Positions 47,716 to 58,658 of a stretch of 64,000 bases of DNA are shown here, piece after piece. The notes below the pieces were generated by a model that worked only from the letters and a program-made list of their open reading frames with translations, did no database searches and had not been told where the DNA came from. The stretch is from Sphingomonadaceae bacterium. Its GTDB lineage: Bacteria; Pseudomonadota; Alphaproteobacteria; Sphingomonadales; Sphingomonadaceae. Positions within the stretch are counted from its first letter, which is position 1; every line of letters begins with the position of its first letter. The position numbers were made by a program, and so were the translations under genes. The DNA lies in contig JAYRZE010000001.1 of NCBI GenBank assembly GCA_041916635.1, positions 2,860,949-2,924,948 on the forward strand, given 5' to 3'.

Positions 47716-50700
47716 TCAACCGGTTGGCGCCAATTTGTCCCGTTGATCGCCATAGCCGGGCTTGTGTGACTCAAGATCAGCGCCGGACAGGTGAATGAGC
47801 CTCGGTTCGGTGGTGTAAAGCAATGCGGCGCGGACATGGTGGTCGGGAAAAATGCCCCGAAGTACTGCAACATAGGCTGCCATCTGCGCCTTGTAATTGG
47901 CCGGGACGGCATCGGCCGATTCGGGCACGCGTCGCCCGGTCTTGAAGTCCACAACCAGCACCTGTGTCTCATCCACTAGCAAGCGGTCGACGGTGCCGAC
48001 AATCACCTCCCCGTTCACGACGCCGGCCAACGGGGCCTCCGCCAGCGCATCGGGCGCGAAGATCGCCGCAAAGGCCGATTCCTCGAGAACACGCAGCGCG
48101 TCGGCGACAAGCGCCTGACGCGTTACCGCGTCGTTCACGCCCGCGGATTCACGCAACCACCTGTCCGCGCTTTCAGGCCGCCTTGCAGGATCAACAGCGG
48201 GGAGACGCTCGAACAAGCCGTGGAGCAAAGCGCCACGCTCCGCTGCCAGCCGCATTTCAGGCGAAGGCGGCGGATCTGAAACGCTATCGGCGGGCAGGAT
48301 TGCGGACGGCGCCAGGGGGCGCGGTGGGCGGGCCTCTTCGGGAGCAGGCGATCGCAGCCATTCGGGCAATCTAGCCATTGGCGCAGCGTTTTTTCGGGTC
48401 GGTTCGGACGCCCTGGGTTCCGCCTCATGATGAATAAGCGTGCGCGTGCCTTCGATTTGGTCGATCCCCATTGCCGCCATCGCGCGATCAACTTGCACGT
48501 GCCAGCAATTCTCGCCCATGCCGCTCCTATGCTGCCGCGGCTTGAGCGCACCGCCGACAAACAAATGCTCTTCGGCGCGGGTGAGCGCGACGTAGAGTAG
48601 CCGCCAGTTTTCTTCGAGCTCACGCACGTCGCTGGCCTCCGCGGACGCCTTCAGCGAGCCCGACAGCTCTTCCCTACGCGGTCGGAATATCGGCAAGGAC
48701 AGTACTTCATCAGCTTCCCAATCAAGCTCACGCGACACCTTGAAATCAGGATCACTTGTGGCATCGGCGAGAACGACGATCGGGGCCTGCAGCCCCTTGG
48801 CACCGTGGACCGTCATGACACGGACCGCGCCTCCCGGTTGAGCCGAATCGCGCTTGATTTCCACCGCGCCACGATCGAACCAGTCGACAAACCCTTGCAG
48901 GGATGGCGTCGCCTCGCGCTCGAACGCCAGCGTCTGGTTGGTCAGTTCCTCAATCGGGTCGCGCGCTTCGTCTCCAAGCCGCGCGAGCAATTTGCGCCGA
49001 CCCTCCATCGGGCCGGAAAGAATTGCCTCGAGAAAGCGGTGCGGCGTCGTGAGGTCAGCCACACCAAGCAGATCGAGCAGCACCTGTGGCTTGTGCTCCC
49101 CCAGATGCTGCCAGAGCGAAACACCGGTGCGCTGCTTGCCCCTTTCATACAGATCTGCTTGCGACCAGCCCAGGAGCGGCGAGACGAGGAGCGACGCAAG
49201 GTTCAGGTCGTCATCGGGCTGTAGGACGAAACGGATGCAGGCCATCAGATCCTGTACAGCTATCGGCGCATTGAGCCTCAGGCGGTCCACGCCCGCCACG
49301 GGAACGTCGGCTTCATAGAGGCGCGAGACGATCGTCCGTGCGAGATCGCCACGCTTGCGCACGAGAATGAGGACATCGCCCGGTTCGGCATCGCGCGCTT
49401 CGTTGCGCAGGCGAAGCCGGTCCGGTCCGCGTGTCCAGCTCCAGATGCGTTCGGCAAGGTCCGATGAGAATTTCAGCTCGGCATCCGAAAGCCAGCTTTC
49501 CTCTGCGCCATCGTCTTCGACGCCGGGCAGGTTCGGCTCCACAGGCGACCAGAGTGTTACGCTGCCCGATTGTCCCGCCCTTGCGCTGATATGCCGGCGG
49601 GGAGGCGTGTCCAGTCCCATTGCAGCCGGGGATATGGTTTCGATGAGCTGGTTTACGAGGTCCAGCACCGGCCGTCCCGAACGGAACGATTGCGCCAGCG
49701 AAAGATCGAGAACGTCCCGTTCCGCACTCGCCGCAAGATCGGAAAAATGGGCCTTGGCCTTTTCGAACTCCTTGGGATCGGTTCCCTGGAAACCGAATAT
49801 GGCCTGCTTGTAATCACCAACCGTAAACAGGGTCCGGACCGTTCCCGTTCTGGCGCCTTCGCCGGCGTAGAACTCCCCCGCGATGGCCTTCACGATGTCC
49901 CATTGCCGGGCGTTGGTATCCTGCGCTTCGTCGACAAGGACATGGTCGGTCGTCTGGTCAAGCTTGTAGCGGATCCAGTCTCCCATACCCCGCGTTTCCA
50001 GCAGCTTGACGGTGTGCTTGATCAGGTCGTTGAAATCGACGACTCCCGCCGCGCGCTTTGCGTCGGCATAAGCGCGGGCATAGGTTTGGCCGACCGTAAG
50101 GGCATTGGCGAGGTGCGGCGCGATCTCCGCAGCACTCTTCAACTGCAACAAGCGCAACAACCAATCGTCTAACCCGTCGACCAATCGAGTGTAGTCCGGA
50201 TCTTCCGGAATAGTGATGCGACGCGTATCATCGCTTGTCTGCCAAGCCAGCCTGAGATCACGAAGCGCCGCGTACCTTTGCGCGTTATCAAATCGAAGCC
50301 AATCCGAGATGATTTTTGCCGACTTCTGCCCACTCGCGTTGGGAGTGCCCGCCTTTGTCCGCCACTCGGCGTTGAGCAAACGGACGCGATCGAGCGACTC
50401 CCGATCAAAGCCCCCATCGGAACAGGCGGTCGTCACCGTACCTTCAATATCCTCGATCCCGTTCGAAAGCGTCCGGCGGACCCAAGACTCGATACCCTGG
50501 GCGGGTCCCAGTGCTTCCATCGCCTCCGGGTCGCGCGCGCTTCGCTCCAGCAGCCTCCGCGTACCGTCTTCGCCCAACCTACGGCTCAATTGCTGGAGCC
50601 GTCTGATCAGGCTGACCTGCCCACTCCGCTCGGCATCTGCCACCATTTCGGCCAGCACCGATTGGGCAAGTGCGGCTTCCTCGCGCCCTTCGATCGCCCT

Positions 50701-51153
50701 GAAGCCGGGAATCAGGCTGGCCTCTGCCGGAAAGCCGGCAAGCAGCGACTGGCAGAAGCTGTGAATCGTCTGGATGCGCAGCCCGCTGCCGCGCGCGTCG
50801 AGTACCCTGGCGAAAAGCGTCCGTGCTTTCGCCCTTGCTTCTGGGCCAGACTCTTCGCCCAGCGCTTCCAGGTCCTTGAAAAGCAGGTTCGAGGGCAAGC
50901 GGACCCAAGCGCCGAGAATCTCGTTGATGCGGTTAGCCATTTCGGCGGCGCCGGCCTTGGTGAATGTCAGGCAAAGGATCGATTCCGGGCGCGCATCGTG
51001 GAGGAGAAGACGCAGTACGCGCGCGGTAAGGACCTGAGTCTTGCCGGTACCGGCAGATGCCGAAAGCCAGACGTCGCTCGACGCCGGATGCGACGCGTCC
51101 GCCTGTTCGCCTCTCAGCCGCGGAAACGCTTTATGGGTATCGGCTTTAGACAT
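47716..51153 (-). CDS. addA: Double-strand break repair helicase/nuclease AddA
   Basis: [42 protein letters not shown], RecB-type nuclease VVDFKT. Confidence 0.97.
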   Translation of the reverse strand: MSKADTHKAFPRLRGEQADASHPASSDVWLSASAGTGKTQVLTARVLRLLLHDARPESILCLTFTKAGAAEMANRINEILGAWVRLPSNLLFKDLEALGEESGPEARAKARTLFARVLDARGSGLRIQTIHSFCQSLLAGFPAEASLIPGFRAIEGREEAALAQSVLAEMVADAERSGQVSLIRRLQQLSRRLGEDGTRRLLERSARDPEAMEALGPAQGIESWVRRTLSNGIEDIEGTVTTACSDGGFDRESLDRVRLLNAEWRTKAGTPNASGQKSAKIISDWLRFDNAQRYAALRDLRLAWQTSDDTRRITIPEDPDYTRLVDGLDDWLLRLLQLKSAAEIAPHLANALTVGQTYARAYADAKRAAGVVDFNDLIKHTVKLLETRGMGDWIRYKLDQTTDHVLVDEAQDTNARQWDIVKAIAGEFYAGEGARTGTVRTLFTVGDYKQAIFGFQGTDPKEFEKAKAHFSDLAASAERDVLDLSLAQSFRSGRPVLDLVNQLIETISPAAMGLDTPPRRHISARAGQSGSVTLWSPVEPNLPGVEDDGAEESWLSDAELKFSSDLAERIWSWTRGPDRLRLRNEARDAEPGDVLILVRKRGDLARTIVSRLYEADVPVAGVDRLRLNAPIAVQDLMACIRFVLQPDDDLNLASLLVSPLLGWSQADLYERGKQRTGVSLWQHLGEHKPQVLLDLLGVADLTTPHRFLEAILSGPMEGRRKLLARLGDEARDPIEELTNQTLAFEREATPSLQGFVDWFDRGAVEIKRDSAQPGGAVRVMTVHGAKGLQAPIVVLADATSDPDFKVSRELDWEADEVLSLPIFRPRREELSGSLKASAEASDVRELEENWRLLYVALTRAEEHLFVGGALKPRQHRSGMGENCWHVQVDRAMAAMGIDQIEGTRTLIHHEAEPRASEPTRKNAAPMARLPEWLRSPAPEEARPPRPLAPSAILPADSVSDPPPSPEMRLAAERGALLHGLFERLPAVDPARRPESADRWLRESAGVNDAVTRQALVADALRVLEESAFAAIFAPDALAEAPLAGVVNGEVIVGTVDRLLVDETQVLVVDFKTGRRVPESADAVPANYKAQMAAYVAVLRGIFPDHHVRAALLYTTEPRLIHLSGADLESHKPGYGDQRDKLAPTG

Positions 51154-54070
51154 CGCGGCCCTGCCATTCTTCCATCCGCATCAGCTGGTCGAAATCGGCC
51201 CAAGCATATTCGGGGCGGAGCTTCGCCTTGAACGGCTCGTTTCCGGTAAGCCATTTCCCAGCGGCCTCTCGAAACTTGCCTGCAATGAATTCGACAAACG
51301 CCTCCGGCTCCTTGACGGCCGTCCTGCCCGTGACCGGTGACGTGACCTTCCCGAATTGCCCCGTTCTCGAGTCTCGTGCGAGCGACCAATATTCGAATGC
51401 ACCACCCTCACCCGTCACGCCCTCGAAACCGCCCTGCTCTGCGATCAGGCCGATCAGACCGAGCTGCATGGCAAAGCCGGCGGCGACCTGCTTGTTGTTC
51501 GGCCCCTCCCCTGTCTTGTAATCGACGATCGCCAGCCGTCCATTGGCCAGTCGGTCAATCCGGTCGGCCCGCCCACGGATTTTGACACCCGCAACTTCGG
51601 CCTGTCCCGACTTCTCAGCTACAAGCGGCGTTCTGCCTTCTGCTTGGTGCTCAGCCACGCGTTGTTCAATCCACTCAGCAGCTTCGCTGAGACGCGGAAG
51701 CCAGAGTGCGCGGACAAGCGGATGGATCGTGCCGTCCGAGAGCGCTTCTTCCATGCGCGCGACCAACGCACCGGGACGATAGCCATCGTCCCTTGCCCAA
51801 CGTTCCAGCACGCCATGGATCAGGCTGCCGCGCCACGCCGGGCCGGGATCGGCATCGACGGGCTCAAGGGCGTTCAGGCCAAGCATCGCGCTTGCGTAGA
51901 AGGCGAACGGATCGGCACTCAGCCGATCCACGGCAGTGACGGATATCTCGCGCGGCCGTTCTTCCAGAGGTGGGCAGGGCGCTGGGCGCTGGGCGCGGTC
52001 CGGCTTGCCGGTACAGGCATCGATCGCTTGCGCGATCCCGTCATAGGGCGTTTGGGGCGGTTCCAGCCCCCCCGTCATCGTTTCGAGGCGCAACCAGAAG
52101 CGTGAGGCGATCGTCGGACCTCGCGCGTCGCGCCGGGCCCGCGTCATGAGCACGCTAGGTGCGCCGAGCGCGCTGGCCAGGTCGTGCGCCGCAAGGCCGA
52201 TCCGGCGCTCAAGGCTGGACAGGCCGAGTTCCCGCCTGATCCGGGGCGCAAGCCAGGGATCGGGCGCAGGCAGTTGTGGCCAGGTTCCTTCGTTGAGGCC
52301 GCCAAGAATGACAAGGTCCGCCGATTGCAGCTTCGCTTCCAGCAAGCCCCAGATGAATACGCGCGGATGTCCGCCATAGCCTGGGCGGATGGCAATCCCG
52401 TCCATCAACTGCCGCAGCACTTGCGGCAGAGATGCCAGTGACATGCCTTCGGGCCCTTGCGGCGCGCCCAGTTCGAGCTCGGCAATCAGTGCAGCCAGCT
52501 CCCGTCCGGCAGGTCCGGACCAGAGCGCCTCTCCGGCTAGCGCCCCCGCCACTTCGCGCAACGTAGCGATCATCCCGGGCAGATTCCGGTCTGCCATCCG
52601 TTCAAGCGGCGCTAGGACTGTCGACGTGTCGGCCCACCAATCCCGCACTCCTTGCCTGCTGGGCCGTGTACGACTGTCCCCGCCCAGAAGGAATTGCGCC
52701 ATCCCTTCCAGCCCCGGGGCAGGGCGCGGTCCCCGCACGACAAGGTCGAGCTTGCGAACCCGATCGAGCCATTCCCGCCGCTCCTCGCCCTGACGGACCA
52801 ATGGATGCTTCAACAGGGCGAGCAGCGCGGAAGGTGCAAAATGCTCCACGGCCGCTTCGGCCAAGGCAAGCAGCAGCGTCCCGCTCGGGGTTGCCGCAAG
52901 GCTTTGCCCCGCCGAATCGTCGGCCTGGATCTGCCAGCGCTGCAAATGCGCCGAAACCCTGGACGCAAGATCCCGGTCGGGCGTGACAAGCGCCACCGTC
53001 TCCGCTGGACGCTCGATTGCTTCGCGAATGGCAAGGGCGATGGCCTGCGCCTCTTCCGCCGGATTGCTCAGCTCAAGCGCGGTGACGCCCGCCAGATTAC
53101 GGTCCTTCTGTTCAAGCTCGATCCAGTTCCGTGTCGCCTCTGCCGGAGCGAAGGCGTGACTGATTGCCCGGGCACGTTTTGCCGTGGAGGCGATATCGCC
53201 GCTCCACTTCCACCGCTGGACCTCGCCGCGACCAACTTTCATGCGCGACAGAAGCTGATGCAGGTGGAACTGTGGATGCGTTTCGATTGCCGGTTCGGCC
53301 TCGCTGCCACCGATCGCCGCCCATTCCTCATCCGATATGTCCAGATCGAGGCCGGCAAGCACGACCTCGCCATTGGCGCTTCGCGCGACAGTGGCAAGCA
53401 ACTCGACCACTGCGGGCGCGGCGGTGCTGATGCCTGCTGCTGCGACGAAACCCTTTGGCGGATCCTGGCGCCAGCGCGCTGCCACTTGCTTGAGCTGGCG
53501 GTTGCGCCGGTCCGCAAGATCGATCCGCCCGAGTTTTTCAAGCTCCCGCGGCCACAAATCGAGGATCGCCTTCAACTGTTCCAGAGAGGTATTCCAATGC
53601 GTCGAAAGCTCCCCGGAGAGGTTGAGTTCGCGAAGTTTCGATGGCGCGACATCCTCGACGATCAGCTGGTCAAGCGTGCGCGCCAGATCGGCCGCGAGGC
53701 GCATCGCTTCGGCACCGTCGACATGCCGATCGCGCTGGATGAGACGCGCAAGGATAAGCTGGCGCTGAAGCGACTCAATTGCAGGAGGCAACGGCTCGTC
53801 GCCGATCGCGTCGAGCGCCGCGCCTGCCTTTTCATTGAGCTCGCTATCCCCAACGGCCACGAGCCTGGGCAGGAGCAAACCTTGTTCGGCCTGTCGTACA
53901 AAGGCTTCGCGGATCGCCTGCCCTGCCCGGTTGTTGGGAACAAGAATCGTGCCCTCTGCAAGTGCCATGCGGTCGCGGCCATGCCGCGCAAGGATGCCGG
54001 CCACCAGCGCATCGGCAAAGGCCCGTATCGGCGGGATCGTGTAAACGGCCGGACCGGGCCGATCAGCCAT
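51146..54070 (-). CDS. addB: Double-strand break repair protein AddB
   Basis: Starts MADRPGPAVYTIPP, PD-(D/E)xK nuclease (RADRID, IVDYKTG). The longer ORF-track start overlaps murU. Confidence 0.95.
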   Translation of the reverse strand: MADRPGPAVYTIPPIRAFADALVAGILARHGRDRMALAEGTILVPNNRAGQAIREAFVRQAEQGLLLPRLVAVGDSELNEKAGAALDAIGDEPLPPAIESLQRQLILARLIQRDRHVDGAEAMRLAADLARTLDQLIVEDVAPSKLRELNLSGELSTHWNTSLEQLKAILDLWPRELEKLGRIDLADRRNRQLKQVAARWRQDPPKGFVAAAGISTAAPAVVELLATVARSANGEVVLAGLDLDISDEEWAAIGGSEAEPAIETHPQFHLHQLLSRMKVGRGEVQRWKWSGDIASTAKRARAISHAFAPAEATRNWIELEQKDRNLAGVTALELSNPAEEAQAIALAIREAIERPAETVALVTPDRDLASRVSAHLQRWQIQADDSAGQSLAATPSGTLLLALAEAAVEHFAPSALLALLKHPLVRQGEERREWLDRVRKLDLVVRGPRPAPGLEGMAQFLLGGDSRTRPSRQGVRDWWADTSTVLAPLERMADRNLPGMIATLREVAGALAGEALWSGPAGRELAALIAELELGAPQGPEGMSLASLPQVLRQLMDGIAIRPGYGGHPRVFIWGLLEAKLQSADLVILGGLNEGTWPQLPAPDPWLAPRIRRELGLSSLERRIGLAAHDLASALGAPSVLMTRARRDARGPTIASRFWLRLETMTGGLEPPQTPYDGIAQAIDACTGKPDRAQRPAPCPPLEERPREISVTAVDRLSADPFAFYASAMLGLNALEPVDADPGPAWRGSLIHGVLERWARDDGYRPGALVARMEEALSDGTIHPLVRALWLPRLSEAAEWIEQRVAEHQAEGRTPLVAEKSGQAEVAGVKIRGRADRIDRLANGRLAIVDYKTGEGPNNKQVAAGFAMQLGLIGLIAEQGGFEGVTGEGGAFEYWSLARDSRTGQFGKVTSPVTGRTAVKEPEAFVEFIAGKFREAAGKWLTGNEPFKAKLRPEYAWADFDQLMRMEEWQGRDV

Positions 54071-54824
54071 CGGCCAACATTGCCTCGGTCTTGGGAATTG
54101 CGGCAGGCGTCCCGACATCGAACCACAGCCCCTGATGGACAACGCCGAAGCAACGCCCCACGGAAATTGCGCGGTCCCAGAACACATTGGTCGAAAATAC
54201 TGTGGCAGGCGGATCGACAAGCAGGCGTTGCGAGAGCATTTGGATGCCAGTCCAGACATAGGGTGCCATCCGGCCCGGCTTTCGGCGCGACAGGCGGCCC
54301 CAGGGGTCCATCTGGAAATCGCCCCGGCCGCTATGGTTGTGCGCCCGTGCGAGCGGCACAAGCAGCATCAGCGCGTCCATCCGGTCATCGTCCCACTGCG
54401 AGGCGAGAAGCCGGATACCGTCGACAGGCCCATCGACCCAGAAATTGTCAGTGTTGACGCACAGAAAGGGGTCGTCGCGCAGCAGCGCCTTCGCCTTCAT
54501 CAGCCCGCCCCCGGTCTCGAGAAGCTCGTCGCGTTCATCAGAAATCACGACATCGAAATCGCGCGCACGCGACTTGAGATGCGCTTCGAGCGAATCCGCG
54601 AAATAATGAACGTTCACCACAATCCGCCCCACACCGGCAGCGCGTAGATGATCAAGGACGTGATCGAGGAGCGTTGTACCTGCGACCTCGATCAAAGGTT
54701 TGGGGCGCGTCGCGGTCAGCGGCCGCATGCGCGTTCCCTTGCCCGCCGCCATCACCATTGCGGTGCTCGGCACTTCTGCTTCGAGCTTGGGCCGGACGGT
54801 CAGTGGCTTGCGGACACGGCTCAT
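54063..54824 (-). CDS. murU: Nucleotidyltransferase (MurU-like)
   Basis: MAAGKGTRMRPLTATRPKPL, LETGGG, WFDVGT. amgK-murU synteny. Confidence 0.85.
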   Translation of the reverse strand: MSRVRKPLTVRPKLEAEVPSTAMVMAAGKGTRMRPLTATRPKPLIEVAGTTLLDHVLDHLRAAGVGRIVVNVHYFADSLEAHLKSRARDFDVVISDERDELLETGGGLMKAKALLRDDPFLCVNTDNFWVDGPVDGIRLLASQWDDDRMDALMLLVPLARAHNHSGRGDFQMDPWGRLSRRKPGRMAPYVWTGIQMLSQRLLVDPPATVFSTNVFWDRAISVGRCFGVVHQGLWFDVGTPAAIPKTEAMLADG

Positions 54825-55807
54825 TCGACAAATGCCTCCCATGCGGGCGCACGCTTGCCGGCCGGAACATGGACATCCATCCACGCCTTGGCCGGCGCGA
54901 GAGCCGGATGCGCAAGGCTCCGCTCGACATAGGCCCAGACGCGCGGCTGGAAGGCTCGGTATCGCGGCTTGTTATCGCGCTTCCACAGCCTTGTGAAAAT
55001 GCCGAGAATCTTGAGATTCCTCTGAACACCGAGCAGGTGATAAGCCGCCTCGAACCCATCCGCCGGTTGCGCAAGCGAAAGGTAATGCGCGAACATCTCC
55101 GCCTCTATTTCCAGCGATACCGTCCGGCGAGCGTCCTGCAGCATCGAAACAAGATCGTAGGCCGGATGCCCGGCAAGCGCGTCCTGAAAATCGAGCAGGC
55201 CGAGCCGATCACGCCCCTCGCGCCCTTCGATCAGCATGATATTCTCGGCATGATAGTCACGCAGCACTGTCACGGGATTCGCTTGCGCGGCGAGAACTGG
55301 GACAAGCAGTTCGGACCAGAGTGCCTCATAGGACTCGCGATCGGGCGAAAGCCCTACTGCCGGGCAATACCATTCGGTGAAAAGGCCAAGTTCACGCTGA
55401 TAATCGGCCAGCGAATAGGGCGCGATTGCCATGGCGGGCCTCTTTGCAAGGTCCACAAGCAATTCGGTCACATCGCGATAAAGCGGGCGTTCGAGCGCAG
55501 GGTTCGCGTCGATCGCTTCCCGCATCCGGCTGGCTCCGAAATCCTCGATCAGCACCAAGCCCAAATCGAGATCGACCGCGAGGATGCGCGGGGCGGAAAA
55601 ACCCTGTTCTACAAGCCATTGCGCAACGGTGATGAAGGGCTTCGGATCCTCATGAGGAGGAGGCGCATCCATCAGGACGGCATGTCGGTCTCCCAGTACG
55701 GCTCGAAAGTAGCGCCGGAACGAAGCGTCTCCGGCCAAAGGCAATATCTGCGCGCCGGACCAGCCAGCACGGGCGAGAAATCCGGGGGCCGTTTCCGGCG
55801 GAATCAT
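54821..55807 (-). CDS. amgK: Anomeric MurNAc/GlcNAc kinase (AmgK-like phosphotransferase)
   Basis: LAGDASFRRYFR, LRDYHAENI, LLDFQDA, YDLVS. tsaE-amgK-murU synteny. Confidence 0.87.
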   Translation of the reverse strand: MIPPETAPGFLARAGWSGAQILPLAGDASFRRYFRAVLGDRHAVLMDAPPPHEDPKPFITVAQWLVEQGFSAPRILAVDLDLGLVLIEDFGASRMREAIDANPALERPLYRDVTELLVDLAKRPAMAIAPYSLADYQRELGLFTEWYCPAVGLSPDRESYEALWSELLVPVLAAQANPVTVLRDYHAENIMLIEGREGRDRLGLLDFQDALAGHPAYDLVSMLQDARRTVSLEIEAEMFAHYLSLAQPADGFEAAYHLLGVQRNLKILGIFTRLWKRDNKPRYRAFQPRVWAYVERSLAHPALAPAKAWMDVHVPAGKRAPAWEAFVE

Positions 55808-56247
55808 CGAAACGGGCATCGCGTCTCCCAAGACGGCGGGATCGAAACTGTCAAGCGCCGCGCACCCGTTCCAATATCATCCAGCCTGATTTTCAGGGCC
55901 TCGGGCCAAAGGCGATCGCCCAGCCGTTCGGGCCATTCGATCAATAGCGCCAAGTCCGACAAGGCGTCGTCAAGACCAAGCTCCTCAGCTTCCTCCGCAC
56001 ATTCCAGCCGATAGAGGTCGACATGCCAGACCGGAATCCTGACGGCTGGCGGCGCATAGGGAATGACAAGCGCGAAACTGGGGCTGGGCACGTCTCCGTC
56101 AAATCCCAAGCCCAGCAAAATGCCACGCGCGAGGCATGTCTTGCCCGCACCGAGATCGCCCGACAGCGCAATCACGTCTCCGCGACGGAGAGTCCTTGCC
56201 AACGTCCGACCAGCCGCTTCGGTCGCCTCGGCATCGCGAAGGATCAT
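55804..56247 (-). CDS. tsaE: tRNA threonylcarbamoyladenosine biosynthesis ATPase
   Basis: LSGDLGAGKT, VPSPSF, HVDLYRL, IEWPE. Confidence 0.96.
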   Translation of the reverse strand: MILRDAEATEAAGRTLARTLRRGDVIALSGDLGAGKTCLARGILLGLGFDGDVPSPSFALVIPYAPPAVRIPVWHVDLYRLECAEEAEELGLDDALSDLALLIEWPERLGDRLWPEALKIRLDDIGTGARRLTVSIPPSWETRCPFR

Positions 56248-58595
56248 CGTGGCAGTTCGATCCGAACGAGCGTTCCCTGCCCAGGCTCGGAGACGAGCGA
56301 CATGCTACCGCCATGCGTTTCGACGAACTGCTTGGCTAGAGGAAGGCCAAGGCCCAGCGAAAGGTCAGCTTCGCGGGCTTGGTCGACCCGGCTGAACCGG
56401 TCCAGCGCTGCGGTCTGCTGTGCCGTGTCCATCCCTGGACCATTGTCCGAAACGATGATCACGGCTCGCTCGGCATCCCCTTCGGCATGAAGAAGGATGC
56501 GCCCATCCTTGGGGGTATAGGTCAGGCTGTTTTCGAGCAAATGGTCGACCGCCTGGCGCAATCGTTTCGCATCACCGTTGATCATGCCGACCTGCTGATC
56601 GATTTCCACGGCCAGATCGATCGCCTTCGCGACTGCCGTCGTCCGATGATCGCGCGCTGCATCATGCAGCAGCATTGCAAGATCGACCGGCTTGCGATCG
56701 AGGGGCAACTGTCCGGCGTCGCTTTGGGTCAGATCGAGCACGCGATCGACAAGGCCGCCGAGTCGGGCCGCCGAATCGAGAATCGCCGCAACATATTCCC
56801 GCCCCTGCGGAGGGAGATCGCCGCCAAAGCCCTGCTGCAACATCTCCGCAAATCCGCTGATCGAGGTGAGCGGCGTGCGGAGCTCATAGCTCATATTAGC
56901 CACAAAGGCGGTCTTGACCTTGTTGGCTTCTTCAAGGGCATCCGCCCGCTCGCGCAGGACGCTTTCGACCCTGCGGCTGTCGGAGATATCGAGCATGGTG
57001 AACAGGGCGTTCCCGTCCGGAAGCGGCACAGCGGCGAATTCGAAGTGGCGGCCGTTTTTCAGCGCCAGTCGTCCGCTGCGCTGTTGCCGCTCGACCGTTG
57101 CCGCGCGGACCATTTCGCGAATCAGGGCGCCTCGCGACGGATTGGTGAGCCGCGACGATGCCACCTCCGCCAGCGCATCGACATGCGGATGGCCGGCGAG
57201 GAACTCCTCGTCGAAATCCCAGACCTGTCTGAAGCTGTTGTTCCAGAGGTGAAGCCGCCCATCCGATTCGAAAACGCCAACCGCCTCGAACATGTTGTCG
57301 AACGTGGCTGTGCGCACGCGAAGCAGCGTATCGCGGGCACTGGCCAGTTGCGCCTGCTCCGTCCGGTCCTCGAAGATCGCCAGAAGCCCACCATCGGGCA
57401 GCGGCTGGGCCACAATCCGCAAATGCGCGCCATCCGGGAGCAGCCAGTTCTCTTCCTGCGCTCCTTCGGTTGCCGTGAACCATTCGCGCCGCTCGGCCTT
57501 CCAGCCCGGAAAGTCCCTCGTTTCCGGGACGCGATTGGCTTCGCGCATCCGGTCGAGCAACCGGTCGAAATCGGGCCGTTCGGCAACCCATTCGGGCTTG
57601 AGTGCAAACTGCCGCTGAAAAGGCTGGTTGCAGAACAGCAGCACCCGGTCGGCCCCGAATTGTGCGACACCCGCCGACAGTCGGTCGAGCGTGTCGCGCT
57701 GGGAGGCAACGAAGCGCCGGAAAGCCGTGTTAGCCCGCTCCACTTCCTCGACATCCATCGCAAATCCTGCCACGCCCGCATCGCCGAGCGGAACGTCGAC
57801 AATCCTTGCCGCGCGCCGCTCGCCGGCGATCGTGATCGGCACGACCCGGCTGACAGGCTGGTTGGTTTCGCGCGCCCTTTGCGGCGCGGCGAGCGGGCTG
57901 GCCTCGGTGCCAGCATCGACCAGCTCAAGCCCACGCGCGATCACATCGGTTGCTGACTCCGCCTCGACCGCGCGAACATATGCGTTGTTCACCAGCGCAA
58001 TGCGCATGTCCGGCCCCCGGTGCCACATAGGCATCGGTGCGGCTTCTATCAGCCCCGACAGGCGGTCGAAGGCGAGCTTCAGGCGTGCACTTTCTTCGCC
58101 CAGCCGTCCAATCTCCGCCTGGCTTTCGGTCGCGTCGAACCACCAGAGGATGACCGCACCGTTCGAACCCAACCGCACGGCCGCCGGTGCACCGCGGACA
58201 AGGAGCGTACGCGAGGAACCCTGTGCGCGGATCGCCCGGGTGAAGCTCCGCCCCGTCCGCTGGACGGCCGACACGTCGCGCACCAGTGCAGACGCATCGT
58301 CATCGGTAAGGCCGCAATTATGGCCGGCAAGGTCCGATACGAAATTGGGAACCTTGGGCAAGCCCAACCAGTCCGCCAAGCGGTCCGGCGCCTCAATCCG
58401 CCCGTCGTTGCGGACCATCAGCGGAAGCGCCGGGGCCGACTCGAGCAGCGAAGCCAGGCGATCCGCCTGACTGGTGGAGAATTCCGCCCGCTTCCGCAGC
58501 TTCAAGCCCGTCCAGACCGCCCAGACCGCAAGTCCCAGCCATATCGCCATCACGGCACCGATCAGCACCGCCATGGTGTGCGACAGGGTCAGCAT
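56244..58595 (-). CDS. divL: PAS-domain atypical histidine kinase DivL
   Basis: The H-box reads NMSYELRTPL (Tyr instead of His). Multiple PAS domains, N-terminal TM, ahcY-divL-tsaE synteny. Confidence 0.88.
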   Translation of the reverse strand: MLTLSHTMAVLIGAVMAIWLGLAVWAVWTGLKLRKRAEFSTSQADRLASLLESAPALPLMVRNDGRIEAPDRLADWLGLPKVPNFVSDLAGHNCGLTDDDASALVRDVSAVQRTGRSFTRAIRAQGSSRTLLVRGAPAAVRLGSNGAVILWWFDATESQAEIGRLGEESARLKLAFDRLSGLIEAAPMPMWHRGPDMRIALVNNAYVRAVEAESATDVIARGLELVDAGTEASPLAAPQRARETNQPVSRVVPITIAGERRAARIVDVPLGDAGVAGFAMDVEEVERANTAFRRFVASQRDTLDRLSAGVAQFGADRVLLFCNQPFQRQFALKPEWVAERPDFDRLLDRMREANRVPETRDFPGWKAERREWFTATEGAQEENWLLPDGAHLRIVAQPLPDGGLLAIFEDRTEQAQLASARDTLLRVRTATFDNMFEAVGVFESDGRLHLWNNSFRQVWDFDEEFLAGHPHVDALAEVASSRLTNPSRGALIREMVRAATVERQQRSGRLALKNGRHFEFAAVPLPDGNALFTMLDISDSRRVESVLRERADALEEANKVKTAFVANMSYELRTPLTSISGFAEMLQQGFGGDLPPQGREYVAAILDSAARLGGLVDRVLDLTQSDAGQLPLDRKPVDLAMLLHDAARDHRTTAVAKAIDLAVEIDQQVGMINGDAKRLRQAVDHLLENSLTYTPKDGRILLHAEGDAERAVIIVSDNGPGMDTAQQTAALDRFSRVDQAREADLSLGLGLPLAKQFVETHGGSMSLVSEPGQGTLVRIELPR

Positions 58596-58658
58596 AGGCA
58601 CAGGCTCTCGGACATGCCTATCCCTTAAGCGCTGCCGCCCGGTTCTGGAAGGGCAAGC

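Noticed and set aside
54071-54361. N-terminal extension of AddB in the ORF track (similar over-long starts for btuC, btuD, pdhC, acpP, arfB, lepB and the ABC ATPase)
   Set aside because: The extensions overlap neighbouring genes. Downstream starts have an RBS or stop/start coupling and match the family N-termini.
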